Assembly: GCF_044324875.1 (NCBI RefSeq)
Contig: NZ_CP172185.1
DNA: 64,000 nt
Strand: one strand, 5' to 3'
Origin: Escherichia coli
GTDB taxonomy: Bacteria; Pseudomonadota; Gammaproteobacteria; Enterobacterales; Enterobacteriaceae
Part shown: positions 46,580 to 56,300 of the stretch, in pieces
Position numbering within the stretch: the first letter of the stretch is position 1
Layout of the letters: each line of letters starts with the position of its first letter
Program-made: the position numbers and the translations under genes
The notes under the pieces: model-generated
What the model saw: the letters and a program-made list of their open reading frames with translations, nothing else
Told to the model about the DNA's origin: nothing
The model's database searches: none

Positions 46580-46720
46580 AACGGGAAAGCCCCTCCCGAG
46601 GAAGGGGCCTTAAATAAGGAAAGGGTCATGATGAAGTGGATCATCATCGTGGTGCTCTTAGTGATTAGCTACCCAGCATACTAAGACTACCAGGGCGGGG
46701 GAAACCCCGCTCTACCCTCA
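46580..46720 (-). ncRNA. Putative Sib antisense sRNA, copy 1 (antitoxin of the overlapping ibs)
   Basis: Minus-strand promoter ttgaca-17-tacttt (weaker -10 than copies 2 and 3); terminator hairpin gcccct...aggggc then tttcccgttt; boundaries approximate. Confidence 0.45.
46628..46684 (+). CDS. Ibs-family small hydrophobic toxin, variant MMKWIIIVVLLVISYPAY (copy 1)
   Basis: 18-codon ORF at the same position in the repeat unit as the other two ibs genes. Confidence 0.6.
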   Translation: MMKWIIIVVLLVISYPAY

Positions 46721-46907
46721 CTCCTGAAAGTATGCCTTCACGATAAGATTGTCAATCTGCAGGCTTTGCAGTCTGCGATCCTGCCAGCAAATATTCTTTG
46801 CGAGACGTTACGCAATAATCACACTGGAAACTATTTTATCCGCAAGTCAGCGATAGACTGCATACAGGGCGAAAGGAGGTAAGTCGACGATTTCAGCGGG
46901 ACGCTGA

Positions 46908-47048
46908 AACGGGAAAGCCCCTCCCGAGGAAGGGGCCTTAAATAAGGAAAGGGTCATGATGAAGCTACTCATCATCGTGGTGCTCTTAGTCATAAGCTTC
47001 CCCGCTTACTAAGACTACCAGGGCGGGGGAAACCCCGCTCTACCCTCA
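46908..47048 (-). ncRNA. sibB: Putative Sib antisense sRNA, copy 2 (SibB-like)
   Basis: Minus-strand promoter ttgaca-17-taattt (-35 at 47078-47083, -10 at 47055-47060); terminator hairpin 46917-46936; boundaries approximate. Confidence 0.55.
46956..47012 (+). CDS. ibsB: Ibs-family small toxin MMKLLIIVVLLVISFPAY (IbsB-like)
   Basis: 18-codon ORF; matches my recollection of IbsB. Confidence 0.65.
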   Translation: MMKLLIIVVLLVISFPAY

Positions 47049-47237
47049 CTCCTGAAATTATGCCTTCACGATAAGATTGTCAATCCGCAGGCTTTGCAGT
47101 CTGCGATCCTGCCAGCAAATATTCTTTGCGAGTCGTTACGCAATAATCACAGAGGAAACTATTTTGTTCACGCGTTAGCGATAGACTGCATTCAGGGCGA
47201 AAGGAGGTAAGCCGACGATTTCAGCGGGACGCTGAAA

Positions 47238-47383
47238 CGGGAAACCCTCTCCCGGAGAAGAGGGCTTTTAATAAGGAAAGGGTTATGATGAAGCACGTCA
47301 TCATACTGGTGATACTCTTAGTGATTAGCTTCCAGGCTTACTAAGAACACCAGGGGGAGGGGGAAACCTCTCCCTAACCCTCA
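47238..47383 (-). ncRNA. sibA: Putative Sib antisense sRNA, copy 3 (SibA-like)
   Basis: Minus-strand promoter ttgaca-17-taattt (-35 at 47413-47418, -10 at 47390-47395); terminator hairpin ccctct...agaggg then tttcccgttt; boundaries approximate. Confidence 0.55.
47285..47344 (+). CDS. ibsA: Ibs-family small toxin MMKHVIILVILLVISFQAY (IbsA-like)
   Basis: 19-codon ORF. Confidence 0.65.
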   Translation: MMKHVIILVILLVISFQAY

Positions 47384-47564
47384 CTCCTGAAATTATGTCA
47401 CTCCGCCCTTAGTGTCAATCGACGGCTCTCCGTTCTTGCGAGGCGAATAGCAAAATTTTCTGCGCCGCCGGGCCTAATTCTGAAAGTTGCTTTGCCTGCT
47501 CATATTTCATTGTTGCAGTCGGTATGATACCGGACCTCAATAATTCTCTAAGAAAGGATTTCTT

Positions 47565-48224
47565 ATGAGCGAACAAATCACGTTTGCCACCAGCGATTTT
47601 GCCAGTAACCCGGAACCACGTTGCCCCTGCATTTTGCTGCTGGATGTTTCTGGTTCTATGAACGGTAGACCCATTAATGAACTTAACGCCGGATTGGTTA
47701 CCTTTCGCGATGAGCTGCTTGCCGATTCGCTGGCCTTAAAAAGAGTGGAACTCGGTATTGTGACGTTCGGCCCGGTGCATGTGGAACAACCCTTTACCAG
47801 CGCCGCTAATTTTTTCCCGCCCATCCTGTTTGCCCAGGGCGATACACCAATGGGGGCCGCCATTACCAAAGCCCTGGATATGGTTGAGGAGCGCAAACGT
47901 GAGTATCGCGCCAATGGTATTTCCTATTATCGCCCGTGGATTTTCCTGATCACCGATGGCGCTCCAACCGATGAGTGGCAGGCTGCCGCCAACAAAGTGT
48001 TTCAGGGGGAAGAAGATAAGAAGTTTGCCTTCTTTTCCATCGGTGTTCAGGGGGCGGATATGAAGACTTTGGCACAAATCAGCGTTCGTCAGCCTTTGCC
48101 ACTGCAGGGATTACAATTCCGTGAACTGTTTAGCTGGTTATCCAGTTCGCTGCGTTCGGTTTCCCGCTCCACGCCGGGAACGGAAGTTGTGCTGGAAGCG
48201 CCAAAAGGCTGGACGTCAGTGTGA
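47565..48224 (+). CDS. yegL: von Willebrand factor A (TerY-like) domain protein
   Basis: 219-aa ORF; MIDAS-type motif [11 protein letters not shown] near N-terminus; stop overlaps yegK start. Confidence 0.85.
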   Translation: MSEQITFATSDFASNPEPRCPCILLLDVSGSMNGRPINELNAGLVTFRDELLADSLALKRVELGIVTFGPVHVEQPFTSAANFFPPILFAQGDTPMGAAITKALDMVEERKREYRANGISYYRPWIFLITDGAPTDEWQAAANKVFQGEEDKKFAFFSIGVQGADMKTLAQISVRQPLPLQGLQFRELFSWLSSSLRSVSRSTPGTEVVLEAPKGWTSV

Positions 48225-48982
48225 GCTGGCGTCTGGTCTATGCATCAACCGTTGGAACGTCGCACATCAGCGCGGACTTGCCTTGCCAGGATGCCTGCCA
48301 GATGCAGGTTGCCTGGTTAAATGACCAGCAGCCATTATTGTCGGTATTTGTCGCTGATGGCGCAGGCAGCGTCTCGCAGGGTGGCGAAGGTGCGATGCTC
48401 GCCGTCAATGAAGCGATGGCTTATATGTCGCAAAAAGTGCAGGGCGGGGAATTGGGGCTTAATGATGTCCTCGCAACGGACATTGTGCTGACCATTCGTC
48501 AGCGACTTTTTGCCGAGGCGGAAGCCAAAGAATTAGCGGTTCGCGATTTTGCCTGCACGTTTTTGGGATTGATTTCATCAGCTAATGGCACCTTGATTAT
48601 GCAGATTGGCGATGGCGGCGTGGTGGTAGATTTGGGTCACGGTCTGCAATTGCCTCTCACGCCGATGGTGGGTGAATATGCCAACATGACGCACTTCATT
48701 ACCGATGACGATGCTGTTTCCAGACTGGAAACTTACACCAGCACTGGGCGTGCGCATAAAGTTGCAGCATTTACGGATGGTATCCAGCGACTGGCGTTAA
48801 ATATGCTGGATAATTCTCCTCATGTGCCTTTCTTTACCCCGTTTTTCAATGGACTGGCGTCAGCAACGCAGGAACAACTCGATTTATTACCTGAATTGTT
48901 AAAGCAGTTTTTGTCCAGCCCGGCGGTAAACGAGCGTACGGATGATGATAAAACGTTGGCACTGGCGCTGTGGTTACCATGA
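48221..48982 (+). CDS. yegK: PP2C-family Ser/Thr protein phosphatase
   Basis: 253-aa ORF from GTG (GTGA overlap with yegL stop); acidic metal-binding residues typical of PP2C (VADGAG...DGGVV...FTDG). Confidence 0.8.
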   Translation: MSWRLVYASTVGTSHISADLPCQDACQMQVAWLNDQQPLLSVFVADGAGSVSQGGEGAMLAVNEAMAYMSQKVQGGELGLNDVLATDIVLTIRQRLFAEAEAKELAVRDFACTFLGLISSANGTLIMQIGDGGVVVDLGHGLQLPLTPMVGEYANMTHFITDDDAVSRLETYTSTGRAHKVAAFTDGIQRLALNMLDNSPHVPFFTPFFNGLASATQEQLDLLPELLKQFLSSPAVNERTDDDKTLALALWLP

Positions 48983-50919
48983 AACCCACTTTATATACTG
49001 CTACTGGTGAGTGCGTTACGCCAGGCCGTGAACTGGGAAAAGGTGGCGAAGGCGCGGTTTATGATATCGAGGAGTTTGTCGATAGCGTCGCCAAGATTTA
49101 TCACACGCCGCCACCCGCCTTAAAACAGGACAAACTTGCCTTTATGGCTGCGACAGCTGACGCGCAATTGTTGAATTATGTCGCCTGGCCGCAGGCAACG
49201 CTTCACGGTGGACGAGGCGGAAAGGTTATCGGTTTTATGATGCCAAAAGTTTCTGGTAAAGAACCGATTCATATGATCTATAGCCCGGCACATCGTCGCC
49301 AACGTTACCCTCATTGTGCGTGGGATTTTCTACTCTATGTTGCGCGCAATATTGCTTCATCTTTTGCTACGGTTCACGAGCACGGGCATGTCGTGGGTGA
49401 CGTAAACCAGAACAGCTTTATGGTAGGCCGTGACAGCAAAGTGGTGTTGATTGATAGCGACTCCTTTCAGATTAACGCCAATGGCACGCTGCATTTATGC
49501 GAAGTCGGCGTGTCGCATTTTACGCCGCCAGAGCTGCAAACCTTGCCATCATTTGTCGGCTTTGAACGCACCGCGAATCACGATAATTTTGGCCTTGCGT
49601 TGCTGATTTTTCACGTCTTGTTTGGTGGGCGGCATCCTTATTCCGGTGTAACGCTTGTCTCTGATGCGGGTAATGCACTGGAGACGGATATTGCCCATTT
49701 CCGTTATGCCTACGCGTCAGATAATCAGCGACGTGGTTTAAAACCGCCGCCACGATCTATTCCGCTGTCGATGTTACCGGGCGATGTTGAAACCATGTTT
49801 CAGCAGGCATTCACGGAAAGTGGCGTGGCAACCGGGCGTCCGACGGCAAAAGCGTGGGTTGCGGCACTTGATTTACTACGCCAACAGTTAAAGAAATGTA
49901 CCGTTTCGGCAATGCATGTTTACCCCGGTCATTTGACTGACTGCCCGTGGTGTGCGCTGGATAATCAAGGCGTTATCTATTTTATTGATCTCGGCGAAGA
50001 GGTCATTACCACCAGCGGTGATTTTGTGCTGGCGAAAGTCTGGGCGATGGTGATGGCGTCAGTAGCACCGCCAGCATTGCAACTGCCATTACCCGATCAT
50101 TTCCAACTGACTGGCAGGCCGCTTCCTTTAGGCCTGTTACGGCGCGAATACATCATTCTGATTGAGATCGCACTGTCAGCGTTATCGCTGTTGCTTTGCG
50201 GCCTTCAGGCAGAACCGCGTTATATTATTTTGGTTCCTGTGCTGGCGGCTATCTGGATTATTGGCAGCCTGACAAGCAAAGCGTACAAAGCAGAAATCCA
50301 GCAACGCCGTGAGGCGTTTAATCGCGCGAAAATGGACTATGACCATTTAGTCAGCCAGATCCAACGGTTGGGCGGGCTGGAAGGTTTTATCGCCAAACGG
50401 ACGATGCTCGAAAAAATGAAGGACGAAATTCTTGGGTTACCGGAAGAAGAAAAGCGCGATCTGGCAGCACTTCAGGACACCGCAAGGGAACGGCAGAAGC
50501 AGAAGTTTCTGGAGGGATTTTTTATTGATGTTGCCTCTATTCCCGGCGTTGGCCCTGCGCGTAAAGCGGCGTTACGGTCCTTTGGTATTGAAACGGCGGC
50601 AGACGTTACCCGACGGAGCGTTAAGCAAGTTAGAGGTTTTGGTGATCATCTGACCCAGGCGGTTATCGACTGGAAAGCGAGTTGCGAACGCCGTTTTGTT
50701 TTCAGGCCGAACGAAGCGGTAACGCCTGCAGACAGACAAGCGGTAATGGCAAAAATGGCCGCCAAACGACATCGGCTGGAATCGACGTTGACTGTCGGTG
50801 CGACAGAGTTGCAGCGATTCCGCCTTCATGCTCCAGCACGGACCATGCCGTTGATGGAACCGTTACGTCAGGCGGCAGAAAAACTGGCTCAGGCGCAGGC
50901 AGATTTAAGCCGCTGCTGA
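48970..50919 (+). CDS. yegI: Membrane-anchored Ser/Thr protein kinase-like protein with C-terminal helix-hairpin-helix region
   Basis: 649-aa ORF overlapping yegK by 13 nt; N-terminal kinase-like region (GKGGEGAVYDI, HGHVVGDVNQNSFMV, LIDSDSFQ), two hydrophobic segments, C-terminal IPGVGPARKAALRSFGIETAADV (HhH-like). Confidence 0.8.
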   Translation: MVTMKPTLYTATGECVTPGRELGKGGEGAVYDIEEFVDSVAKIYHTPPPALKQDKLAFMAATADAQLLNYVAWPQATLHGGRGGKVIGFMMPKVSGKEPIHMIYSPAHRRQRYPHCAWDFLLYVARNIASSFATVHEHGHVVGDVNQNSFMVGRDSKVVLIDSDSFQINANGTLHLCEVGVSHFTPPELQTLPSFVGFERTANHDNFGLALLIFHVLFGGRHPYSGVTLVSDAGNALETDIAHFRYAYASDNQRRGLKPPPRSIPLSMLPGDVETMFQQAFTESGVATGRPTAKAWVAALDLLRQQLKKCTVSAMHVYPGHLTDCPWCALDNQGVIYFIDLGEEVITTSGDFVLAKVWAMVMASVAPPALQLPLPDHFQLTGRPLPLGLLRREYIILIEIALSALSLLLCGLQAEPRYIILVPVLAAIWIIGSLTSKAYKAEIQQRREAFNRAKMDYDHLVSQIQRLGGLEGFIAKRTMLEKMKDEILGLPEEEKRDLAALQDTARERQKQKFLEGFFIDVASIPGVGPARKAALRSFGIETAADVTRRSVKQVRGFGDHLTQAVIDWKASCERRFVFRPNEAVTPADRQAVMAKMAAKRHRLESTLTVGATELQRFRLHAPARTMPLMEPLRQAAEKLAQAQADLSRC

Positions 50920-50931
50920 GCCATTTTTCAA

Positions 50932-52284
50932 TTAACGAAACACCACTTCCGCCCAGCGTGCCAGCCCGGCGGTGACGGAGCCAAAGTCATCGCCGCCTGC
51001 AATCGGAATGCCCGGCAACTGTTCTGCCAGCGCTTTTTTAATCAGCGGTGAACGGGCGCTACCGCCGGTCAGATAGATAACATCCGGTTTTTCCTGGGCG
51101 TTATCCAGCGCCAGTTGCACCTGTTCCAGAATCCGCGCCAGTGGCTGGTTGAGGGCGCTTTCCAGCCCTTGCTGGCTAATCAGCGTAGCCAGTTCATCGC
51201 TGATAAACGGCAGTGAGGCGCGGGTTTCCGCTACGCTTGAAAGCGCAATTTTGCTCTCTTCTGCGCTACGTACCAGGCGATAGCTTAAACGCTGACGCCA
51301 GACTTTCTGTAACAGGGCCACTTTTTCCGGTTCGCGGGCATCGCGTACCAGATCGTTAAGCAGACGACCGTTGGCACTACTGTAGAAATCACTTTGCGCA
51401 GGTACGTCGTTGATGGCAACCGCATTCCACCACGGCAGAATCGGCAGGGCGATGCCTTTTTCGGTTTCGCCACCCATGCCCAGTAACGGCATCAGGTTTT
51501 TAAACGCCAGTGCGATATCCAGATCGTTACCGCCAATACGGCAACCACTGTGACCCAGCAGGCTGGCTTCACGATCGAGACGCGAACGCCACTGCGGCCC
51601 CATCAGCAGCAATGAACAGTCAGTCGTACCACCGCCGATATCCACCACCAGCACCCGTTTTTCTTCCTGCAAGGTGGCTTCGTAATCCAGCCCAGCCGCG
51701 ACCGGCTCGTACTGGAATACCACATCCTTAAACCCGGCACGCTTCGCCGCGCGTTCCAGAATCCCCTGCGCCTGGGTGTTTGCTTCATCGCCGCCCAGCC
51801 CCTGGAAGTTGATAGGGCGACCAATCACCGCCTGAGTAATCGCTTCTGGCAGCTGTGCCTGCGCCTGCTGGCGAATGTGCAACATCATTGCGCAGACCAG
51901 ATCCTCAAACAGCGCTACCTGCTGCGGTTTTAAGCCGCTGGCACCGAGGAACGATTTTGGTGATTTCACAAACCACACTTCTTCTGGATCATCAATGTAC
52001 TGTGCCAGTGAGGAAAGACCGAACTGCACGCTTTTCGCCGTAACATCGATATATTCTTCGCGGTTATAACGAATCGCCCGACGCAGCAGCGCCTGCGTTT
52101 CATCGTCGTCTGCCGGAACATCATGATGGCGGTACAGCCATTCGCTTACCGCTTCACGCGTTGGCGCGCAAAGCATTGAAGGCAGCAGCGTGCTGTCGTT
52201 TTCCATTTTCAGTAATTGCGGCTTACCGTCGCGCATGACCGCCACTGAACAGTTTGCTGTACCGTAATCAAAACCAATAAACAC
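50932..52284 (-). CDS. yegD: Hsp70-family (actin-fold) ATPase YegD
   Basis: ORF 50932..52347; start taken at GTG giving (M)FIGFDYGTANCSVAVMRDGKP, which aligns with the DnaK N-terminal phosphate-1 motif; 450 aa. Confidence 0.85.
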   Translation of the reverse strand: MFIGFDYGTANCSVAVMRDGKPQLLKMENDSTLLPSMLCAPTREAVSEWLYRHHDVPADDDETQALLRRAIRYNREEYIDVTAKSVQFGLSSLAQYIDDPEEVWFVKSPKSFLGASGLKPQQVALFEDLVCAMMLHIRQQAQAQLPEAITQAVIGRPINFQGLGGDEANTQAQGILERAAKRAGFKDVVFQYEPVAAGLDYEATLQEEKRVLVVDIGGGTTDCSLLLMGPQWRSRLDREASLLGHSGCRIGGNDLDIALAFKNLMPLLGMGGETEKGIALPILPWWNAVAINDVPAQSDFYSSANGRLLNDLVRDAREPEKVALLQKVWRQRLSYRLVRSAEESKIALSSVAETRASLPFISDELATLISQQGLESALNQPLARILEQVQLALDNAQEKPDVIYLTGGSARSPLIKKALAEQLPGIPIAGGDDFGSVTAGLARWAEVVFR

Positions 52285-52357
52285 GAAATAATCCCCATGC
52301 CGGTGAAGAAGGGGCGTGACTTTAGCGAAATGTTGCCGTCGCGACAACCGGAATATG

Positions 52358-52368
52358 AAAGCAAAGCG
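52358..52368 (+). promoter_or_regulatory. Candidate Ada box in the alkA promoter
   Basis: aaagcaaagcg about 50 bp upstream of alkA; resembles the Ada-binding A/B box as I recall it; unverified. Confidence 0.3.
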
Positions 52369-52417
52369 TAACGTCTGAATAACGTTTATGCTGAAAGCGG
52401 ATTAACAAGGAGATGCG

Positions 52418-53275
52418 ATGTATACCCTGAACTGGCAGCCGCCGTATGACTGGTCGTGGATGTTGGGATTTCTCGCCGCCCGTGCGGTGAACGGTGTGGA
52501 AACGGTCGCTGACGATTATTATGCCCGTAGTCTGGCGGTGGGCGAATATCGCGGCGTGGTGACTGCTATTCCGGATATAGCCCGCCATACTCTGCACATA
52601 AATTTAAGTGCAGGTTTAGAACCAGTTGCCGCAGAGTGTCTGGCGAAAATGAGCCGCCTGTTTGATCTGCAATGTAACCCGCAGATTGTTAACGGTGCGT
52701 TGGGCAAGTTAGGCGCGGCGCGGCCCGGATTGCGTTTACCCGGCAGTGTTGATGCTTTTGAGCAGGGCGTGCGGGCGATTTTAGGCCAGCTGGTGAGCGT
52801 GGCGATGGCGGCAAAATTGACCGCCAGAGTGGCACAGCTTTATGGCGAACGGCTGGATGATTTTCCGGATTATGTCTGCTTCCCCACGCCTCAGCGGCTG
52901 GCAGCAGCCGACCCGCAGGCATTAAAAGCGTTAGGTATGCCGTTGAAACGGGCAGAGGCGCTGATTAATCTGGCAAATGCGGCGCTGGAGGGCACCTTAC
53001 CAATGACAATTCCGGGCGACGTAGAGCAAGCGATGAAAACGCTGCAAACTTTTCCGGGTATCGGGCGCTGGACGGCGAATTATTTCGCCTTACGTGGCTG
53101 GCAGGCGAAAGATGTTTTCCTGCCGGATGATTATCTGATTAAACAGCGATTTCCGGGAATGACACCGGCACAAATCCGCCGTTATGCCGAACGCTGGAAG
53201 CCCTGGCGTTCTTATGCGCTGTTGCATATCTGGTATACGGAAGGCTGGCAACCAGACGGAACGGACGAATTGTAG
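52418..53275 (+). CDS. alkA: 3-methyladenine DNA glycosylase II
   Basis: 285-aa ORF; HhH-GPD superfamily; adjacent to yegD and dgcE as in E. coli. Confidence 0.9.
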   Translation: MYTLNWQPPYDWSWMLGFLAARAVNGVETVADDYYARSLAVGEYRGVVTAIPDIARHTLHINLSAGLEPVAAECLAKMSRLFDLQCNPQIVNGALGKLGAARPGLRLPGSVDAFEQGVRAILGQLVSVAMAAKLTARVAQLYGERLDDFPDYVCFPTPQRLAAADPQALKALGMPLKRAEALINLANAALEGTLPMTIPGDVEQAMKTLQTFPGIGRWTANYFALRGWQAKDVFLPDDYLIKQRFPGMTPAQIRRYAERWKPWRSYALLHIWYTEGWQPDGTDEL

Positions 53276-53300
53276 GCCTGATACGCCGCATCAGGCGATG
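53274..53300. repeat. REP-like palindrome between convergent alkA and dgcE
   Basis: ggcctgatacgccgcatcaggcg. Confidence 0.5.
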
Positions 53301-53312
53301 GGGAAGCACGCC

Positions 53313-56300
53313 TCAGTTAATCGCGAAATAACTGCTATTCACCAGCAAATCCAGCGGTTGGGCATCGGCAAACACATCGCCATAAATCAGATCGACGCCG
53401 ATGCCAGAAAGCGTATCCATCACCAGGGGTAAAACTACTGGCCCGGCGATGGTCTTCATCCCGAGCCGCTGAGCGTGCCCCTGAATGATCGTAATCAGCA
53501 TCTCATCCATCAAATTTCCCTGCACATTGGCGCATAACTCACCATCAAGTAGCAGGTAATCTGCCATATTCGCTTTCAGCGAGTTGAAGATTTGCAGATC
53601 GCGGCCCACCTGACTGAATACGATCCGACATCCCGCCAGCCGCAGTTTTTGCACGCTTTCTGCGTGATCTAAAATCGCGTCTGCCGGAATAATCAGATGT
53701 AATAACCGTGGTGGTAGAGGGCTATTTTCCAGCTGCTCAATTAGTTCATTCACCAGCGTGGCGCTACTCAAACCGGCAACGGAAAGCGGGAGGGCGATGC
53801 TTATACCTTTACTGGCAACCGCTTTGGCGGCCTGCTGGAAAAAATCGTGGAATACCCGTCGGTCAAGAGCATGGCTAAGTGCCGGATCGCTGAAGCTACG
53901 ACGAAATGTTTGTTCATCAATAATCTCGCCTTCGCAACTCCAGAGCTTAAGTGAAATCAGCCACAAATTACGCGCTTGCGGGATCCGCGGCGAAGCGACA
54001 CCGTGGGCGATCATCATCAACTGATTCTCTTTAATCATCCGCCACTGTTCATCAAGCGATATCGCCGCCCGTTCGCTATGTGCGGCAGCTTGCTGCGGTT
54101 CGTAAATCGTCACCCGGCCCCGGCCACCATTTTTGGAGGCATAACAGGCGATATCAGCCTGCGACATCACTTCAGCCGCCTGATGATTGTTGTCATCAAT
54201 CAAGGTAATCCCGGCACTGGCACCTACCCGATGTACACGTCCTTCCCAGATAAAGTGATAGTCATTCACGGCGCTGATAATGCGTGTAGCGATAAAACGC
54301 GCACTTTCGACATTACAATCTGGCAGCAGCAGACCAAATTCATCGCCACCGAGTCGCGCCAGCACGTCGCTGGAGCGCAGCATACTCAGCATCAACGACG
54401 CCAGTTCGCGCAGCAAAGCGTCGCCAGCGGCGTGCCCGGCGCTGTCATTCACCGCTTTAAAGCGATCAAGATCGATAAACACCAGTGCATGTCGCTGATG
54501 TGTACTGTTTACCGTTTGCAGCAGGATACGCAGTTGCTTCTCAAAACTGGCGCGATTGGCGAGATGCGTCAGTGCATCATGGGAGGCGCTGTAGCTCAGC
54601 TGGCGCAGCATTTTGCGTGATTCGGTGACGTCCTGAATCACCAGAACCGAGCCTATATTGCTGCCGTCCAGAGTACTTAACGGCGTAATACTGTAATGCA
54701 CGTCGTAGCTGCCGCCGCTCCGGCAGTGCAACACCACATCTTGTTCAATCGCGGAACGTGAGGTGTCGGCACTGTAAATGTTCTCCATTAATGGTCCGTT
54801 GTCGCCAAAAGTAATATGCAACACCGTCAGGAGTGGAACACCTAACGCTTCTTCCTGCGTCCAGCCGCTCATCTTCTCCGCCACCGGATTCATAAAGGTA
54901 ATTTTCATTGCCATATCAATACAGACCACGGCTTCGCCGATGGAATCCAGCGTTATGTGCAGGCGCTCTTTTTCCTGAAACAATGCCTCGTTAAGATGTT
55001 TCACTTCGGTCATATCCATATTAATGCCGAGCAGGCGTTCGACTTCGCCTTCTTTATTCAGTACCCGGTTAGCGAGGGCGCGGATATGGCGGATGCCATC
55101 TTTCACGGCAATGCGAAATTCCAGCTTAAAGGGCGAGCGTGATTGCAACGAATCACGAATCACTTTTTCGGCATGCTGGCGATCTTCCGGCAGCACGCAC
55201 TCGTACCACACCTGCCAGTTCGGTTTGATATGCGGAGGAATTTCATACAGCTCGAACATCCGCTTATCCCAGCTAAAAATATTCGGCTTTAGCTCCCACT
55301 CCCAGATGCCAATCCCGCCCGCTTCGTTAGCCAGCGTGATGCGCTCCATCAGTTGCTGGTTCACCTGTTCGGTGCGTTTTAGCTCGTTAATGTCTTCAAT
55401 CTGAGCGATAAAATAGAGCGGCGTGCCATCGGTGTGGCGCACCAGTGAGACGGCAAGCAACGCCCAGACAACATCGCCATTGCGGTTGTAGTAGCGTTTT
55501 TCCATGGAATAGGTGTTTATTTCACCGCTGATCAGCTTTTCAACCTGTTGCAGATCTTTATTGAGATCCTCCGGCCAGGTCAGTTGCTGAAAGGTGAGTC
55601 CGCGCAGTTCTTCCTGACTGTAACCGAGAAACTGGCAGAGTGCTTTGTTGGATTGCAGCCATTGCCCTTCGGTGCCCACTAATGCCATGCCGATGGCGGA
55701 ATATTCCATGGCGTTACGAAAACGGGTTTCGCTTTCGGAAATGTGTTTGCGTTCCGCACGAAAGGCATACATCACCATGGTCATGATGTTGGCGGGCAGC
55801 AGGATCAGCAAAAACGGTAGCCACGGCATATGGCTCATCAGGTATGTACGCGGCGTAGCAAGCAGGGAGGGATCAGCGGCCATCATCAGTGACACCATCA
55901 TCACCGTGGTAAGGAAGATCAAAAAGGCTTCCATTCGTGGCAGGCGCACGGCGCTCCACATCAACAGCACAATAATGAAAGTAAAAGGCCACGGCAGATA
56001 CAGCATCGAAAGCCAGCTTAACGTCAGTGTGATGGCTAACGTGAGCAGCGACTCAAAAAGCAACCGTGGGTTGCGATGGCGCAGCAGATAGTGTGGTTTA
56101 AATAACAATCCCAGCGGCACCAGTGCCAGTGCGCCGATGGATTCTGACAGTACCCATATCAAAAATGCCCTGAGAGGATCGTCTCCGGGCGTCAGCAGGA
56201 TAACCAGAACACCCCCCAACAGAGGCGGAACAATGGCGCTGCCGAGTGCCAGACGCAGCCAGTCAGCCAGATTTTGCAATGGGTTATACCACGGCAGCAA

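Larger units (their letters stand above)
46480..47440. repeat. Tandem array of three ~328-bp sib/ibs type I toxin-antitoxin repeat units
   Basis: Unit landmarks recur at 328-bp period (aactatttt at 46501 / 46829 / 47157; atgatgaag at 46628 / 46956 / 47285). Confidence 0.85.

Noticed and set aside
53976-54620. 214-aa plus-strand ORF
   Set aside because: Antisense to dgcE; shadow ORF.
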